A stretch of DNA of 64,000 bases from an uncultured Pseudomonadales bacterium (GTDB taxonomy: Bacteria > Patescibacteriota > Microgenomatia > UBA1400 > PJMF01): assembly GCA_964645645.1 (NCBI GenBank), contig CAZYBC010000003.1, positions 13,369 to 77,368 on the forward strand, read 5' to 3'. Below are positions 39,985 through 49,367 of this stretch, piece by piece (position 1 is the stretch's first letter; each line of letters opens with the position of its first letter). The translations under genes were made by a program, and so were the position numbers. The notes under the pieces are model-generated. The model ran no database searches, was not told where the DNA came from, and worked only from the letters and a program-made list of their open reading frames with translations.

Positions 39985-39991
39985 AAAATAT

Positions 39992-40273
39992 ATGAAAAAT
40001 AAAACCACAATTCCACTCCATCAATGGAGTCAACAATTTACTCCCGCGCAGAAAAAAAATGCACAAAAAGCTAATAATTACTATGCTGTTGTTGAAGAAT
40101 TTAAAAAAACTAGAAAAAAGCTTGGGCTTACTCAACAGCAATTAGCAGATAAAGCTAAAATTGATCGCACCGTTGTAACTAAAATAGAAACTGGAGCCAG
40201 AAATACTACTATCAATAGTTTAATGATCTTTGCGGAAGCAATGGGTAAAAAACTTAAAATAAGTTTTGTTTAA
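39992..40273 (+). CDS. HTH XRE-family antitoxin (HigA-like)
   Basis: LGLTQQQLADKAKIDRTVVTKIETGARNTTINSLMIFAEAMG is a canonical Cro/C1-type HTH; starts 8 nt after the toxin stop. Confidence 0.7.
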   Translation: MKNKTTIPLHQWSQQFTPAQKKNAQKANNYYAVVEEFKKTRKKLGLTQQQLADKAKIDRTVVTKIETGARNTTINSLMIFAEAMGKKLKISFV

Positions 40274-40327
40274 GCTGTAAAAACGCGCCCGTTTTGGAAC
40301 GGTGTCGTGTCACGGTGTCAATGTTGA

Positions 40328-40397
40328 TGCCCGACCTGGATTCGAACCAGGATTGAAGGCTTCAAAGGCCTCTGTCCTGCCATTAGACGATCGGGCA
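40328..40397 (-). tRNA. tRNA-Gln (anticodon TTG)
   Basis: Reverse complement TGCCCGATCGTCTAATGGCAGGACAGAGGCCTTTGAAGCCTTCAATCCTGGTTCGAATCCAGGTCGGGCA. U1-A72 acceptor pair typical of tRNA-Gln, anticodon loop CTTTGAA, and T-loop GGTTCGAATCC. Confidence 0.7.
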
Positions 40398-40448
40398 ATT
40401 ACATTAAGTTAATTTAACTTTATTTTAACTCACTGATTATATCAAAAC

Positions 40449-41084
40449 TTGAGCAAATTCCCAAAAGCTATTTTAATCCTGGATTCATTTATCCGCAACC
40501 AAAGCTTACAGTATAATAGACTTATGATTTTTAGCTTTATTCAACTGATTTTTTTAATTTTATTTATCCGTCAAATTATTATTTTTCTTTTAGCTTGGTA
40601 TACTGGTACTCAAACTGAAGTACCTTTTAAACCAACTTCACTGACTCATATTTGGCGCTTAACTAAATATTTACAAGGGCAACTAAATAAAAATCAAAGC
40701 TACACTGTTTTGGAAATTGGCAGTGGCAGTGGACGAGTTAGCCTAGAGTTAGCAAAAAAATTTCCTTTTAAAATTACAGCCATTGAAAAAAATCCTATTT
40801 TGCATGTTTTATCAAAAGTTAAAAGCTATTTAAATTTTAAAAAGGGAACAATTAATTGGCAACAGGCTGATTTATTTAAAACCAGTTTTGCTGGCTATGA
40901 AATTATCTACTTTTATTTACTCCCCAATATCATTGCTGACATTGCTGATCGCTTAGTTAAAGAAACTCCCAGTAAATTCCTAATCATTAGCTATTGTTTT
41001 CCGGTTAAGCATCCTCGCTTAAATTTGCAAACTAAACTTGGTGGCAATAAAAATCCACTTTATATTTATCAAAAAAAAGCTTAA
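40449..41084 (+). CDS. class I SAM-dependent methyltransferase with N-terminal membrane segment
   Basis: VLEIGSGSGRVSLELA motif I; hydrophobic N-terminus; the true start may be internal. Confidence 0.5.
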   Translation: MSKFPKAILILDSFIRNQSLQYNRLMIFSFIQLIFLILFIRQIIIFLLAWYTGTQTEVPFKPTSLTHIWRLTKYLQGQLNKNQSYTVLEIGSGSGRVSLELAKKFPFKITAIEKNPILHVLSKVKSYLNFKKGTINWQQADLFKTSFAGYEIIYFYLLPNIIADIADRLVKETPSKFLIISYCFPVKHPRLNLQTKLGGNKNPLYIYQKKA

Positions 41085-41108
41085 TTTTTGCTGGCTGTAC
41101 TTTTAAAA

Positions 41109-41783
41109 TTATTTTTTAAACACTGATTTGGCTTTTTTGTAGATTCTTTCCCAATTCTTACGTAAAAATAAGAAAGCCCAACCACAAGCACTCATCACAA
41201 TTAAGATTTCAAAAATACTATTGGTGGCATCAACGGTATTAAGCATGCCTTCATATTTTTTCACTCCCTGATAAGCGAGGATTAAATAAAACATAAAACG
41301 AATGTACGTACCAATAAAAGTTGTTACCATAAAAGAAACAATGTTTAGTTTAACTAAACCGGCAATCACAGACACTGGTAAAGTTGGTACAAATGGCAGA
41401 GCCCGCAAAATTATCATTACCACTTCATCTTTGCGAGTGCCGTTAAAAAACTTACCCATTTGTTCAATTTCGTGCTTATCTATGCCCAAAATTTTACCGA
41501 TTTTACTGCCAGTTAAAAAATCTTCTAATTTATCTGCAATCCAATAAGTTAAAAGAGTTGCCAAGGTTTTACCAAGCGTACCAAAAAAAGCAATTACAAA
41601 TAAAAACCAAAAAGCTTTATTTTGCGTAAAGGCTAAAGTACCGCTCGTAATGGGAACTAAAGGAGAGGGCACAATGGCCACAATTTCATCTACTAAAGAC
41701 CCGACAAAAGCAAACACAGTTAAAGGTACTTGATGTGCAAAAGCTTGAAGCCAATTTATCACTGGTTGAATAAGTTGCTGCAT
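41109..41783 (-). CDS. DedA/SNARE-associated family membrane protein
   Basis: ~220 aa, multi-pass, with a central G-rich re-entrant-like region (FFGTLGKTLATLLTYWIADK, FVPTLPVSVIAGL) typical of DedA/TVP38. Confidence 0.45.
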   Translation of the reverse strand: MQQLIQPVINWLQAFAHQVPLTVFAFVGSLVDEIVAIVPSPLVPITSGTLAFTQNKAFWFLFVIAFFGTLGKTLATLLTYWIADKLEDFLTGSKIGKILGIDKHEIEQMGKFFNGTRKDEVVMIILRALPFVPTLPVSVIAGLVKLNIVSFMVTTFIGTYIRFMFYLILAYQGVKKYEGMLNTVDATNSIFEILIVMSACGWAFLFLRKNWERIYKKAKSVFKK

Positions 41784-41856
41784 AATTTCTTTCTATAATT
41801 AGGATTATTTCCTATGGGAAAATTCCGCGCTAAACTATTTTTCAATAGCTTTGATT

Positions 41857-41891
41857 AGCCTTACTGCTAAATAAAATTTCGTAGTAAGGCT
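41857..41891. repeat. palindromic hairpin of the cttactgcNaaat family
   Basis: agccttactgctaaataaaatttcgtagtaaggct is a near-perfect 15-bp stem, related to the hairpins at 556-590 and 51133-51150. Confidence 0.4.
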
Positions 41892-41923
41892 ATTATATCT
41901 ATAGATCATAATTTTACACAAGC

Positions 41924-42841
41924 CTAACTCATTAGAGGCAAGACTGCGGCCAAGTCTCTAGTTTGTGTTGCTCTAGAAATTAAAGTTTGATCTTTAAGAC
42001 AAATTTGCTGTTGATGATAAGCTGGCCGATGATCTTGGTAAAAAATACCTAAAGGAATCCTCTGATCTGGCTGCATTTTTTGCCAAGCTTGAGTTTTATC
42101 ACCAGCTTGATAGCCTTCTTTAGCCATGTCATAAACTCGGCTAGCAAACCATTGGTAAGTATTATGCTTATTAAACGTTGGACAAGGTTGCAAAATATCC
42201 ACCAAAGAAAAACCAACGTGATTAATAGCTGCTTTCAAAATTTCTACAAACTGCATTACTTGGCCAACATAAGCCCGAGCCACAAAACTAGCTCCAGTGT
42301 CTAAAGCAGTCACCAATGGATTTAAAGGTTGTTCGATCAAACCTTGTGGTGTTGATTTAGTCTTGGTGCCTTGTTCAGTAGTGGGAGAACTTTGCCCAGT
42401 GGTCAAACTATACATTTGGTTATTATGCACTAAGACAGTAATATCATGATTACCTCTGGCTGCTCCAATTAAATGATTAAGCCCTTCACCATAAAGATCG
42501 CCATCACCACCCACCACAATAATTTTTAAATCATGGTTGGCTAATTTGGCTCCAATCGCACTGGCTACCGCTCTACCATGAAGGCCATGAAAACCATAAA
42601 CATTATTGAAATCTGCCATGTTGCCACTACAACCAATACCATAAAAGATAGCTAATTTTTCTTGAGGAATAGCAAGCTGTTCAATTGCTTGTCTTAAGGC
42701 AGCTAAGATAGCAAAATTACCGCAACCTGGACACCAAGTTGGTTTAATAGGTGAAGCAATGGTTTGTTGAGTAAAATTTTCCATAATAAGTTTTCTTTTT
42801 ACAGTTTTGTTATTTAAGTTGCTAGCTGATTTTTTAGCCAA
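41924..42841 (-). CDS. 2-oxoacid:ferredoxin oxidoreductase beta subunit (TPP-binding)
   Basis: WCPGCGNF Cys motif and GDG...N TPP/Mg-binding region (VVGGDGDLYGEGLNH); overlaps the alpha gene. Confidence 0.8.
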   Translation of the reverse strand: MAKKSASNLNNKTVKRKLIMENFTQQTIASPIKPTWCPGCGNFAILAALRQAIEQLAIPQEKLAIFYGIGCSGNMADFNNVYGFHGLHGRAVASAIGAKLANHDLKIIVVGGDGDLYGEGLNHLIGAARGNHDITVLVHNNQMYSLTTGQSSPTTEQGTKTKSTPQGLIEQPLNPLVTALDTGASFVARAYVGQVMQFVEILKAAINHVGFSLVDILQPCPTFNKHNTYQWFASRVYDMAKEGYQAGDKTQAWQKMQPDQRIPLGIFYQDHRPAYHQQQICLKDQTLISRATQTRDLAAVLPLMS

Positions 42842-44565
42842 ATTAGTAAATCTTCGGCATAAAATGGTCGGCCATCATAACGCAAAATTTTATCTTTGAT
42901 GTCAATGCCGGTTTCCTGACGAATTAACTTAGCCCCTTGGCCGGTTACATTTGCTTCCACCATTACCAAATGCTTAGCTTGGCTAGCTAATTGTTGGAAC
43001 TGTTCAGTGGGGAAGGGCCACATACAAGGCAAATGAATCATATTCACTAAAGTCTGACCTGGTTGATCAAGTTCAAACCAAGCTAAAAGCTGTTTAAAAA
43101 CATTAACCGTAGATCCCCAACCCACCATCGTAAATTGAGCTTGAGCTGGCCCCAATAAAACTGGTTGAGGAACTTCTTTACTCAAAGCTGACATTTTTTT
43201 CTGCCGTTTATTTACTTGAGCAATAATTGGTTCAGCTAATTCTGTTGCAAACCCAAATTCATCATGTTCATAAGAATTAGTAATCCCCAAACCAAAATCT
43301 TGACCAGGAATAGAACGAGGCGAAATACCGTTATCAGTAACACGATAACGACGATAGGAATTATCTGGTTTTAATTCTGCTGCACCAGCAATACTATAGC
43401 GTTCTACAGTATATTGAGTAGCTGGCATCGGCATAGTTTGATGAGATTCCAAAATGAGTTTGTCAGATAAAATTAGAACTGGAATTTGGTACCTTTCCGC
43501 CAATTCTAAAGCTAGCTTACCAGCCTGAAAATGTTCTTCAACGGTACCAGGAGTTAAAACTACGCGCACAAAATCACCATGACCAGCTGTTAAGACAAAT
43601 TCTAAATCAGCTTGAGAAGTCCAAGTTGGTAAACCTGTGCCTGGAGCACCCCGTTGAGCAACTAAAATAGCTAAAGGCACTTCGGCCACCCCAATCAAAG
43701 ATAAAGCTTCTACCATCAACGCAAAACCGCCACCCGCACTGCCAGTCATTGCTCTTACGCCAGCATACGCTGCGCCGATAGCTTGATTAATAGCAGCAAT
43801 TTCATCCTCAACATGTTTAACTACTAAAGGATAATTATTTTGCTGTTCAGCTAAAAAGTGGAGTAAACCAGAAGCAGGTGTCATCGGATAGGCGCTGTAA
43901 TATTGAATACCACCAGCTAATGCCCCCAAACCAATCGCTTCACTACCAGTCATTAATAAAGTTTGAGTTTGAGCTTGATTAAATTTAACTTCCTTTGAAC
44001 TAGTGGCTTGAGCCACTTGATAACCTGCCACAAAAGCGGCTAGAATTTTGGCAATTACTTCTGTTGGCTTATCCGCAAATTCTTGATTTAAAACGGTCTG
44101 AATAATTTCTTGTTTAAATTCCACACCAGCCAAATAAAAAGCTGCCCCCGTAGCCACAGCATTAATGGAAATTTTAGACCCAGAAGCTTGCACGGCTAAT
44201 TGTTCTAAAGGAAAATTATAAAAACTAGCCTTAACACCTTGATAGTCAGTAAAAGTAGCTGGCTGATCAGCAAATTCACCAACAATTATCGTGTTTGGAG
44301 TAAGTTCTCCTTGATAAAGAGGCAATGACGTTGGATCTAAAGTGATGAGTAAATCTAAAGCTCTTTTTTGGCAGAAAGCTTGTTCAGCCGCATAAACCTG
44401 ACCAGTTTGTTGACCGCCTTTAATTAGCGACGGATACTCGTAGTAATTAAAAATTTGGTAGCCTAATTTTTGTAAAACTCTGGCTACAATTTTAGAGCTG
44501 GTCATAATTCCGGCCCCAGCTGGACCGGTAATTTTAAGGTTTAGGGAAAGAGTTTGAGTTGACAT
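42814..44565 (-). CDS. 2-oxoacid:ferredoxin oxidoreductase alpha subunit (fused gamma-alpha)
   Basis: 583 aa. N-terminal gamma-like Rossmann (ITGPAGAGIMTSS) fused to alpha domains (GYPMTPAS, transketolase-C-like). No delta ferredoxin subunit, i.e. the two-subunit OFOR architecture. Confidence 0.8.
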   Translation of the reverse strand: MSTQTLSLNLKITGPAGAGIMTSSKIVARVLQKLGYQIFNYYEYPSLIKGGQQTGQVYAAEQAFCQKRALDLLITLDPTSLPLYQGELTPNTIIVGEFADQPATFTDYQGVKASFYNFPLEQLAVQASGSKISINAVATGAAFYLAGVEFKQEIIQTVLNQEFADKPTEVIAKILAAFVAGYQVAQATSSKEVKFNQAQTQTLLMTGSEAIGLGALAGGIQYYSAYPMTPASGLLHFLAEQQNNYPLVVKHVEDEIAAINQAIGAAYAGVRAMTGSAGGGFALMVEALSLIGVAEVPLAILVAQRGAPGTGLPTWTSQADLEFVLTAGHGDFVRVVLTPGTVEEHFQAGKLALELAERYQIPVLILSDKLILESHQTMPMPATQYTVERYSIAGAAELKPDNSYRRYRVTDNGISPRSIPGQDFGLGITNSYEHDEFGFATELAEPIIAQVNKRQKKMSALSKEVPQPVLLGPAQAQFTMVGWGSTVNVFKQLLAWFELDQPGQTLVNMIHLPCMWPFPTEQFQQLASQAKHLVMVEANVTGQGAKLIRQETGIDIKDKILRYDGRPFYAEDLLIWLKNQLAT

Positions 44566-44720
44566 GATGCGTTTTTATTGTAAACCAAAATTAGCAATGA
44601 GGGAACATTAGACTTACGGCAGGTAGATCGCTTGGTGGCAAAAACCTTAAATTCTGCTATATTAAAAAAGATAATAAGTTGGCTTTTAGCCAAATAATTA
44701 ACAATTTTTAAGGAACCACT

Positions 44721-45170
44721 ATGTCCCAACTTTTACTCGTTTATGGCACTACTACTGGCAACACTGAAACCGTAGCACTTAAAATTCAACAATTACTTAC
44801 TCAAGCTAACCACCAAGTAACGGTTAAAAATGTCACTGAAACTAGTGTCGAGGAATTAAAAAATTATGAAAACTTCATCTTCGGTAGCTCTACTTGGGAT
44901 GATGGTCAATTGCAAGCTGATATGAAAGAATTTTTAGCTAAATTAGCTGGCAGTGGTTTTAAGTTAGTTGGTAAAAAAGTTGCCTTATTTGCCTTGGGTG
45001 ACTCTGGTTATCCAGCTTTTTGCGCTAGTGCAGAATTATTAAAAACAGCCTTAATTACCGACGGTGTTAATCAAGTAGGCGAAGTGCTAAAAGTTGATGG
45101 CTTCCCAGATATGGGAGAAAATCCTCAAAAAATTACTGCTTGGGTAACTAATCTAAGTGCCAACTTATAG
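44721..45170 (+). CDS. flavodoxin
   Basis: LLVYGTTTGNTE FMN-phosphate-binding signature and SSTWDDG; 149 aa. Confidence 0.8.
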   Translation: MSQLLLVYGTTTGNTETVALKIQQLLTQANHQVTVKNVTETSVEELKNYENFIFGSSTWDDGQLQADMKEFLAKLAGSGFKLVGKKVALFALGDSGYPAFCASAELLKTALITDGVNQVGEVLKVDGFPDMGENPQKITAWVTNLSANL

Positions 45171-46604
45171 CTTACACTCATAAATTGCTACATCGTCAAA
45201 AATTTCTTGATCATTGCCATTAATGATAGTTAATTGGTGACAGGTTTTTACGAAAACTTCTTCTGCAAAATAACCTTCATAACCAGTATCAGGTTTGGCG
45301 TTGTAGCTTAAATTTGCCACTTTAGTAAATAAATAAATACCTTGTTCAGCTGCTTGCTGGCTAACAGCTTGTTTATCCAAAGCCCCAGAGGCAAAAAGTT
45401 GAGTATTGGTATCAATTAGCTCACCAAATAATTCTTTGTGGCTGGCTAAAGCAACTAAAGGAGCCACTTCATGCGAACCATAAAATTTGTAATTTTTAGT
45501 TAAATGATTATTAACATAATTAACAACTTCAACTAATTGAACAAATTTTCCTTGATCATGAAACACTTGCATATAATTTAAAAAACGAGGAACAGTTACA
45601 AGCAAATAAAAAACAGCCACTGATACTAAAACCTGCTTCTGCCAAGATTTACTTTGTTGCCAAAAAGATGCCAAATTTTCCAATAATAATAAACTAAAAA
45701 AAGGACTAAAAACTCCCAAGTATAAATAATATAAATCTGCAAAGCTAAGAAAAAAGATTAGCAAAGCAATAATCGGTAAAACTAGACGATAATCTTTTTT
45801 CTTAACTGTGTTAATAGCGCTCCAAACTAATAACATTAATAACAAAAAATCTTTTTCAATAAAAAATTTAATGATTGTTAATTTATCTAAACCCTTTGGC
45901 CGAGCGAGTTGATGCAACAAAGTAAAATTAAATACTTCTTTAAAAGCTGTTAACAAAAATGGCAACATGACTAATAAACCAGTTGCAATAAAACCCAACA
46001 AAAATTTTGCTAATTTTTGCCAATCTTTTTTTAAAACTAAATACAAGCAATAAGCTAACAAAGCTGGCGCTGTGTAAAGTTTGATTAAACTAGCTAAGGC
46101 CCAAAAAATGCCACTCATTAACGGTTGGTCCTCAAAGTACCAAGCTAAACTTAAAAATAAAATCACCCAATGCAAACCAGTAACATAATCGCTAGTGGAT
46201 AAAATCAAAAAAGAAAATAAATGAATAAAACTAACTAGGGGAGCAAAGTGATTGTGAGCTTTTTTTAATTTTAAAAATAAAACTAGAACTGTCAGTAACT
46301 CACAAATAATCGGCACAGCTTGAAATAAAATTAAATGATCACCAATCAAAAATTTAACTCCGGCTAGTAAATAAACTAATAAAGGCGGATCAGCTAACGG
46401 AAAATCTAAATAAGGTTTAGCCCCGTGCAAGATTTGATCAGCCATGTAAAAATAAGCATTGCCATCACCAAAACGCAAAGCTAAATGACTGAATTTGTAC
46501 CATGCAAAAAAAATCATTGGCAATAAAAAAATCAACCAACTAAAAACTGACTTTTTAGCTAGATTAGCAAAGTCTAATTGCAAATTTTTTTTTAAGCCAA
46601 GCAT
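45165..46604 (-). CDS. polytopic membrane protein, GT-C/DUF2029-like putative glycosyltransferase
   Basis: ~10 transmembrane segments with an Asp-containing first loop (RFGDGNAYFY, DFPLADPP) and a C-terminal soluble domain. Assignment by architecture only. Confidence 0.35.
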   Translation of the reverse strand: MLGLKKNLQLDFANLAKKSVFSWLIFLLPMIFFAWYKFSHLALRFGDGNAYFYMADQILHGAKPYLDFPLADPPLLVYLLAGVKFLIGDHLILFQAVPIICELLTVLVLFLKLKKAHNHFAPLVSFIHLFSFLILSTSDYVTGLHWVILFLSLAWYFEDQPLMSGIFWALASLIKLYTAPALLAYCLYLVLKKDWQKLAKFLLGFIATGLLVMLPFLLTAFKEVFNFTLLHQLARPKGLDKLTIIKFFIEKDFLLLMLLVWSAINTVKKKDYRLVLPIIALLIFFLSFADLYYLYLGVFSPFFSLLLLENLASFWQQSKSWQKQVLVSVAVFYLLVTVPRFLNYMQVFHDQGKFVQLVEVVNYVNNHLTKNYKFYGSHEVAPLVALASHKELFGELIDTNTQLFASGALDKQAVSQQAAEQGIYLFTKVANLSYNAKPDTGYEGYFAEEVFVKTCHQLTIINGNDQEIFDDVAIYECKL

Positions 46605-46610
46605 GGCAAA

Positions 46611-46895
46611 CTATCTTCTGGATTTGGCTTTAGCGGCAGCTTTTTGATAGGCTTTTACTGCTTTTTTGGCTGTTTTGCTAGCCACTTTTTTAGCAGTTTT
46701 TTTAGCATTACTAATCACTTTTTCTGGATTTTTATCCCATTCTTTCTTTAAGTGTTTAGCTTTACCAGCAGCTTTTACGGCAGCCTTTTTAGCCTTCACT
46801 CGATTTTCTTTTTTAGAAAGAAACAATCCTGCGGCACCAATAGCTACTCCAGTGAGTAAAGCTAAAAGTCCTCCGCCTGAATTTCTCTTTGACAT
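46611..46895 (-). CDS. membrane-anchored Lys/Ala-rich basic protein (94 aa)
   Basis: N-terminal transmembrane helix (LLALLTGVAIGAAGLFL) followed by a highly basic AKK-repeat tail. Confidence 0.35.
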   Translation of the reverse strand: MSKRNSGGGLLALLTGVAIGAAGLFLSKKENRVKAKKAAVKAAGKAKHLKKEWDKNPEKVISNAKKTAKKVASKTAKKAVKAYQKAAAKAKSRR

Positions 46896-47434
46896 GGCAG
46901 GTCCTTTCTTAATAATAGTTTAGTACTATTATTAACCATAATAAGATCACTTTGCAAGAAAGGACTTTGTTCTTTTCTAAAATTGCTAGAAATATTTTTA
47001 AAATTAAATATAAAAAATAAAAATCCAATAATTAAACTAATAAATTGAATAAATAAAAGAAATCTTCTTCCACCAAGCAAATCTGTTTTTTTTGTTATTA
47101 ATTTAAATATTCTAGGAAATGTCTCAAAAACACCCAACTTTTTTTTAATTTTACTAAAATTTGGAAAATATTCTTCTTCTATAGTATTAAAACTTTCAAT
47201 TGATTCAACTAATCTTACTATAAAAAATAGTAATCCGAGAGTTATTGATATTAGAACAGATATTGTTGATAGTTTTTCTTCTATAGTTAAAATTTGCCCA
47301 ATATTCAATAATGCAAAAAAACCAATAGCAATAATAATCATTTGTTCAGATAATCTTTGTTCATCTATCAGAAAAATCTTTTGAAGATTATTTAGTTCAG
47401 ATATTGCTTTATTTTCTGACCAAGGATTTTTCAT
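46862..47434 (-). CDS. hypothetical membrane protein (190 aa)
   Basis: Several hydrophobic segments; overlaps the downstream ORF by 34 nt. Confidence 0.3.
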   Translation of the reverse strand: MKNPWSENKAISELNNLQKIFLIDEQRLSEQMIIIAIGFFALLNIGQILTIEEKLSTISVLISITLGLLFFIVRLVESIESFNTIEEEYFPNFSKIKKKLGVFETFPRIFKLITKKTDLLGGRRFLLFIQFISLIIGFLFFIFNFKNISSNFRKEQSPFLQSDLIMVNNSTKLLLRKDLPCQREIQAEDF

Positions 47435-47519
47435 TGTATAAATTTTAACATCTAAATTTTTAAATTCACTATCAGCTCAACACTTGGCAAACTCCTTAAA
47501 TCATGTTAAAACTAGCTTA

Positions 47520-47712
47520 TTAAAAATTAATTAAGATTGTTTGGAAGTAAGGTGAAAATCCTTCGCTGTGCCGCAACGGTTAAAGTCCGATACAAGCAAT
47601 CACTTTGAATTATTTTCAAAGTTAAACTGACGAGCATCGGGTTTTTGGTTGCCCAATAAATATTGGCAAACAAAAAAATTTCCCCGTATTGCTCCTCTTT
47701 TGAGGAGTTTTT
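47520..47712 (+). promoter_or_regulatory. cobalamin (AdoCbl-variant-like) riboswitch with terminator expression platform
   Basis: GGAAGTAAGGTGAAAATCCTTCGCTGTGCCGCAACGGTTAAAGTCCGATAC matches the cobalamin aptamer core (GGTGnAAnTCC ... CnGnCCCGCnACnGTnA ... AGYCnGAnAC B12-box-like), without a long peripheral extension. Followed by the hairpin gctcctcttttgaggag plus TTTTTT at 47691-47712, immediately before the ATG. Confidence 0.55.
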
Positions 47713-47714
47713 TA

Positions 47715-48320
47715 ATGGCTATTAACGCCGAATTACTTAGACCAACACGAGTTTTTCATCCAGAAAAAAGTACTCATTTCTGGCAAGATTTAACAGCCGT
47801 AGCTGTTGGTTTTTTTAGTAACTTAAAACTCAATTCCAAAAATCTTTTTCACCCCAATACTAATAAACAAGCTGGTGAAACTTGGCAAAGTTTGTCGTAT
47901 CTAAACAATCGCGATCAGTATCAGCAGCTAACTCAGTTGCTTGAATATATGGCTTTAGAATTGCGAACATATTTTGATGAATATGTCGCTTTAAAAGTTA
48001 TCAAAACTTATCCTAATTTTGGCGAAAAAGGCATTGATAATATTGCTCCATTTAATTTAGTCAGTATTGCTCAGCAAACTAAACAAGATTTAGCCGAAAA
48101 AGGTTTTGATACAACTAGAGCTGATTTAGAAATTATCGCTATGCAAAAACTGCTTAATTTTCTTAGTGATGAACAAGTTCCGATTGGCAGTTGTCTCGTT
48201 TACATTAGTCCACGTGGGCCTAAATATATGTATTTAGGTTATGAACTAAGCAATAACAATTATCTTAATTTGTATCTTAAAAACCGGGCCGGGGCAAGCT
48301 CGATTAATTCAATTGCTTAA
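47715..48320 (+). CDS. hypothetical protein (201 aa), first gene under the riboswitch
   Basis: Start reassigned to MAINAELL, right after the terminator. The tracked start 47649 lies inside the expression platform. Soluble, no motif. Confidence 0.45.
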   Translation: MAINAELLRPTRVFHPEKSTHFWQDLTAVAVGFFSNLKLNSKNLFHPNTNKQAGETWQSLSYLNNRDQYQQLTQLLEYMALELRTYFDEYVALKVIKTYPNFGEKGIDNIAPFNLVSIAQQTKQDLAEKGFDTTRADLEIIAMQKLLNFLSDEQVPIGSCLVYISPRGPKYMYLGYELSNNNYLNLYLKNRAGASSINSIA

Positions 48321-48786
48321 CTATGACGTTAATGAAAGTTTAATTAATCAATTTTTACCTTTTTTAAGCCAACAACAAGCAGCGCAAATTTATTCACCGT
48401 TTCAATCAGCTAATCCTTTGCATCATTTAGCCGCTGGGTCTTTAAGTGATGAACATTTTTTGATTAATACTTTAATGCTCATTCCAGCTGACCAATTCAA
48501 TTTAGATCTAGTCATTCAGCAAGCGTTCCAAAATTCAGCGCAATGGCTAACTAAAATTAGCGACTTTCCTCAATTTGATTATCAAGCTTATGTTCAGCAA
48601 GAAAATCAATTATTAGCTTTATTTAAACAATTAACTGAACAAGTTTTTTCTGCAAATGAAGATCCCCAGTTAAACGCCCAAAAGCTTGATCAATTAGTGG
48701 CCATTATGAAAAAAATTTTCAAAAATGGACAGAAGAAAATGCGAGCAACTATCATCCAGTTAAACAAATTAGCAAACTTAATTTGA
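48313..48786 (+). CDS. hypothetical protein (157 aa)
   Basis: Overlaps the upstream stop by 8 nt (translational coupling); Gln-rich; no motif. Confidence 0.45.
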   Translation: MLNYDVNESLINQFLPFLSQQQAAQIYSPFQSANPLHHLAAGSLSDEHFLINTLMLIPADQFNLDLVIQQAFQNSAQWLTKISDFPQFDYQAYVQQENQLLALFKQLTEQVFSANEDPQLNAQKLDQLVAIMKKIFKNGQKKMRATIIQLNKLANLI

Positions 48787-49367
48787 TGGATATTGAAACT
48801 GAATGGCGCTTAGCTTGTAAAAAAATCACTGGCCAACAACTCAATCAACAAGAGCAACAACACGCGAAACAACTTCAACAACGTTATCAACTTAATCCTA
48901 GTTTGCCTTTACAAAAAATTAGCCACTTAAATTTTTGTTTACCACGTTTTAATTTAGCTAGAAATTTACAAATCCATACTGGGCAAGGATTAAGTAATTT
49001 ACAAGGTTTAGAACTAAATCAATTTTTGCGAAAACAAAAATACATTACTTTAAAACTAGCTGGGCAAGAATGGAAAGTGCCAGCTAGTTACTTAAAAGGC
49101 AAAGGTTGTTATGAAAATGGAGGAGTGGCCTATGGCCCGTGTGGCATTCCTTTAGCGCAAGATCCTTATGCCATTACTTTGGCAGATTATCAGCAGTTGT
49201 TAGACCGTCAACGCTCAGAAAAAAAATCATCCAAAAAAGCTAATCAAAATTTACCGGCCACTAACGATAATGAAAAAATTGATTTGCCACCAGTGAGTCT
49301 AACTGCTTTTATTAATAGTTTGGTTTTTGGCGACCCACTAGAAATCACTAACTTAGACTTAGATTAG
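48783..49367 (+). CDS. hypothetical protein (194 aa)
   Basis: Overlaps the upstream stop by 4 nt. Gln-rich N-terminus and a GCYENGGVAYGPCGIP Cys/Gly motif. Confidence 0.45.
   Translation: MMDIETEWRLACKKITGQQLNQQEQQHAKQLQQRYQLNPSLPLQKISHLNFCLPRFNLARNLQIHTGQGLSNLQGLELNQFLRKQKYITLKLAGQEWKVPASYLKGKGCYENGGVAYGPCGIPLAQDPYAITLADYQQLLDRQRSEKKSSKKANQNLPATNDNEKIDLPPVSLTAFINSLVFGDPLEITNLDLD

Noticed and set aside
47649-47714. N-terminal 22 codons of the tracked ORF 47649-48320
   Set aside because: They overlap the riboswitch terminator hairpin and U-tract. The start was reassigned to the ATG at 47715.
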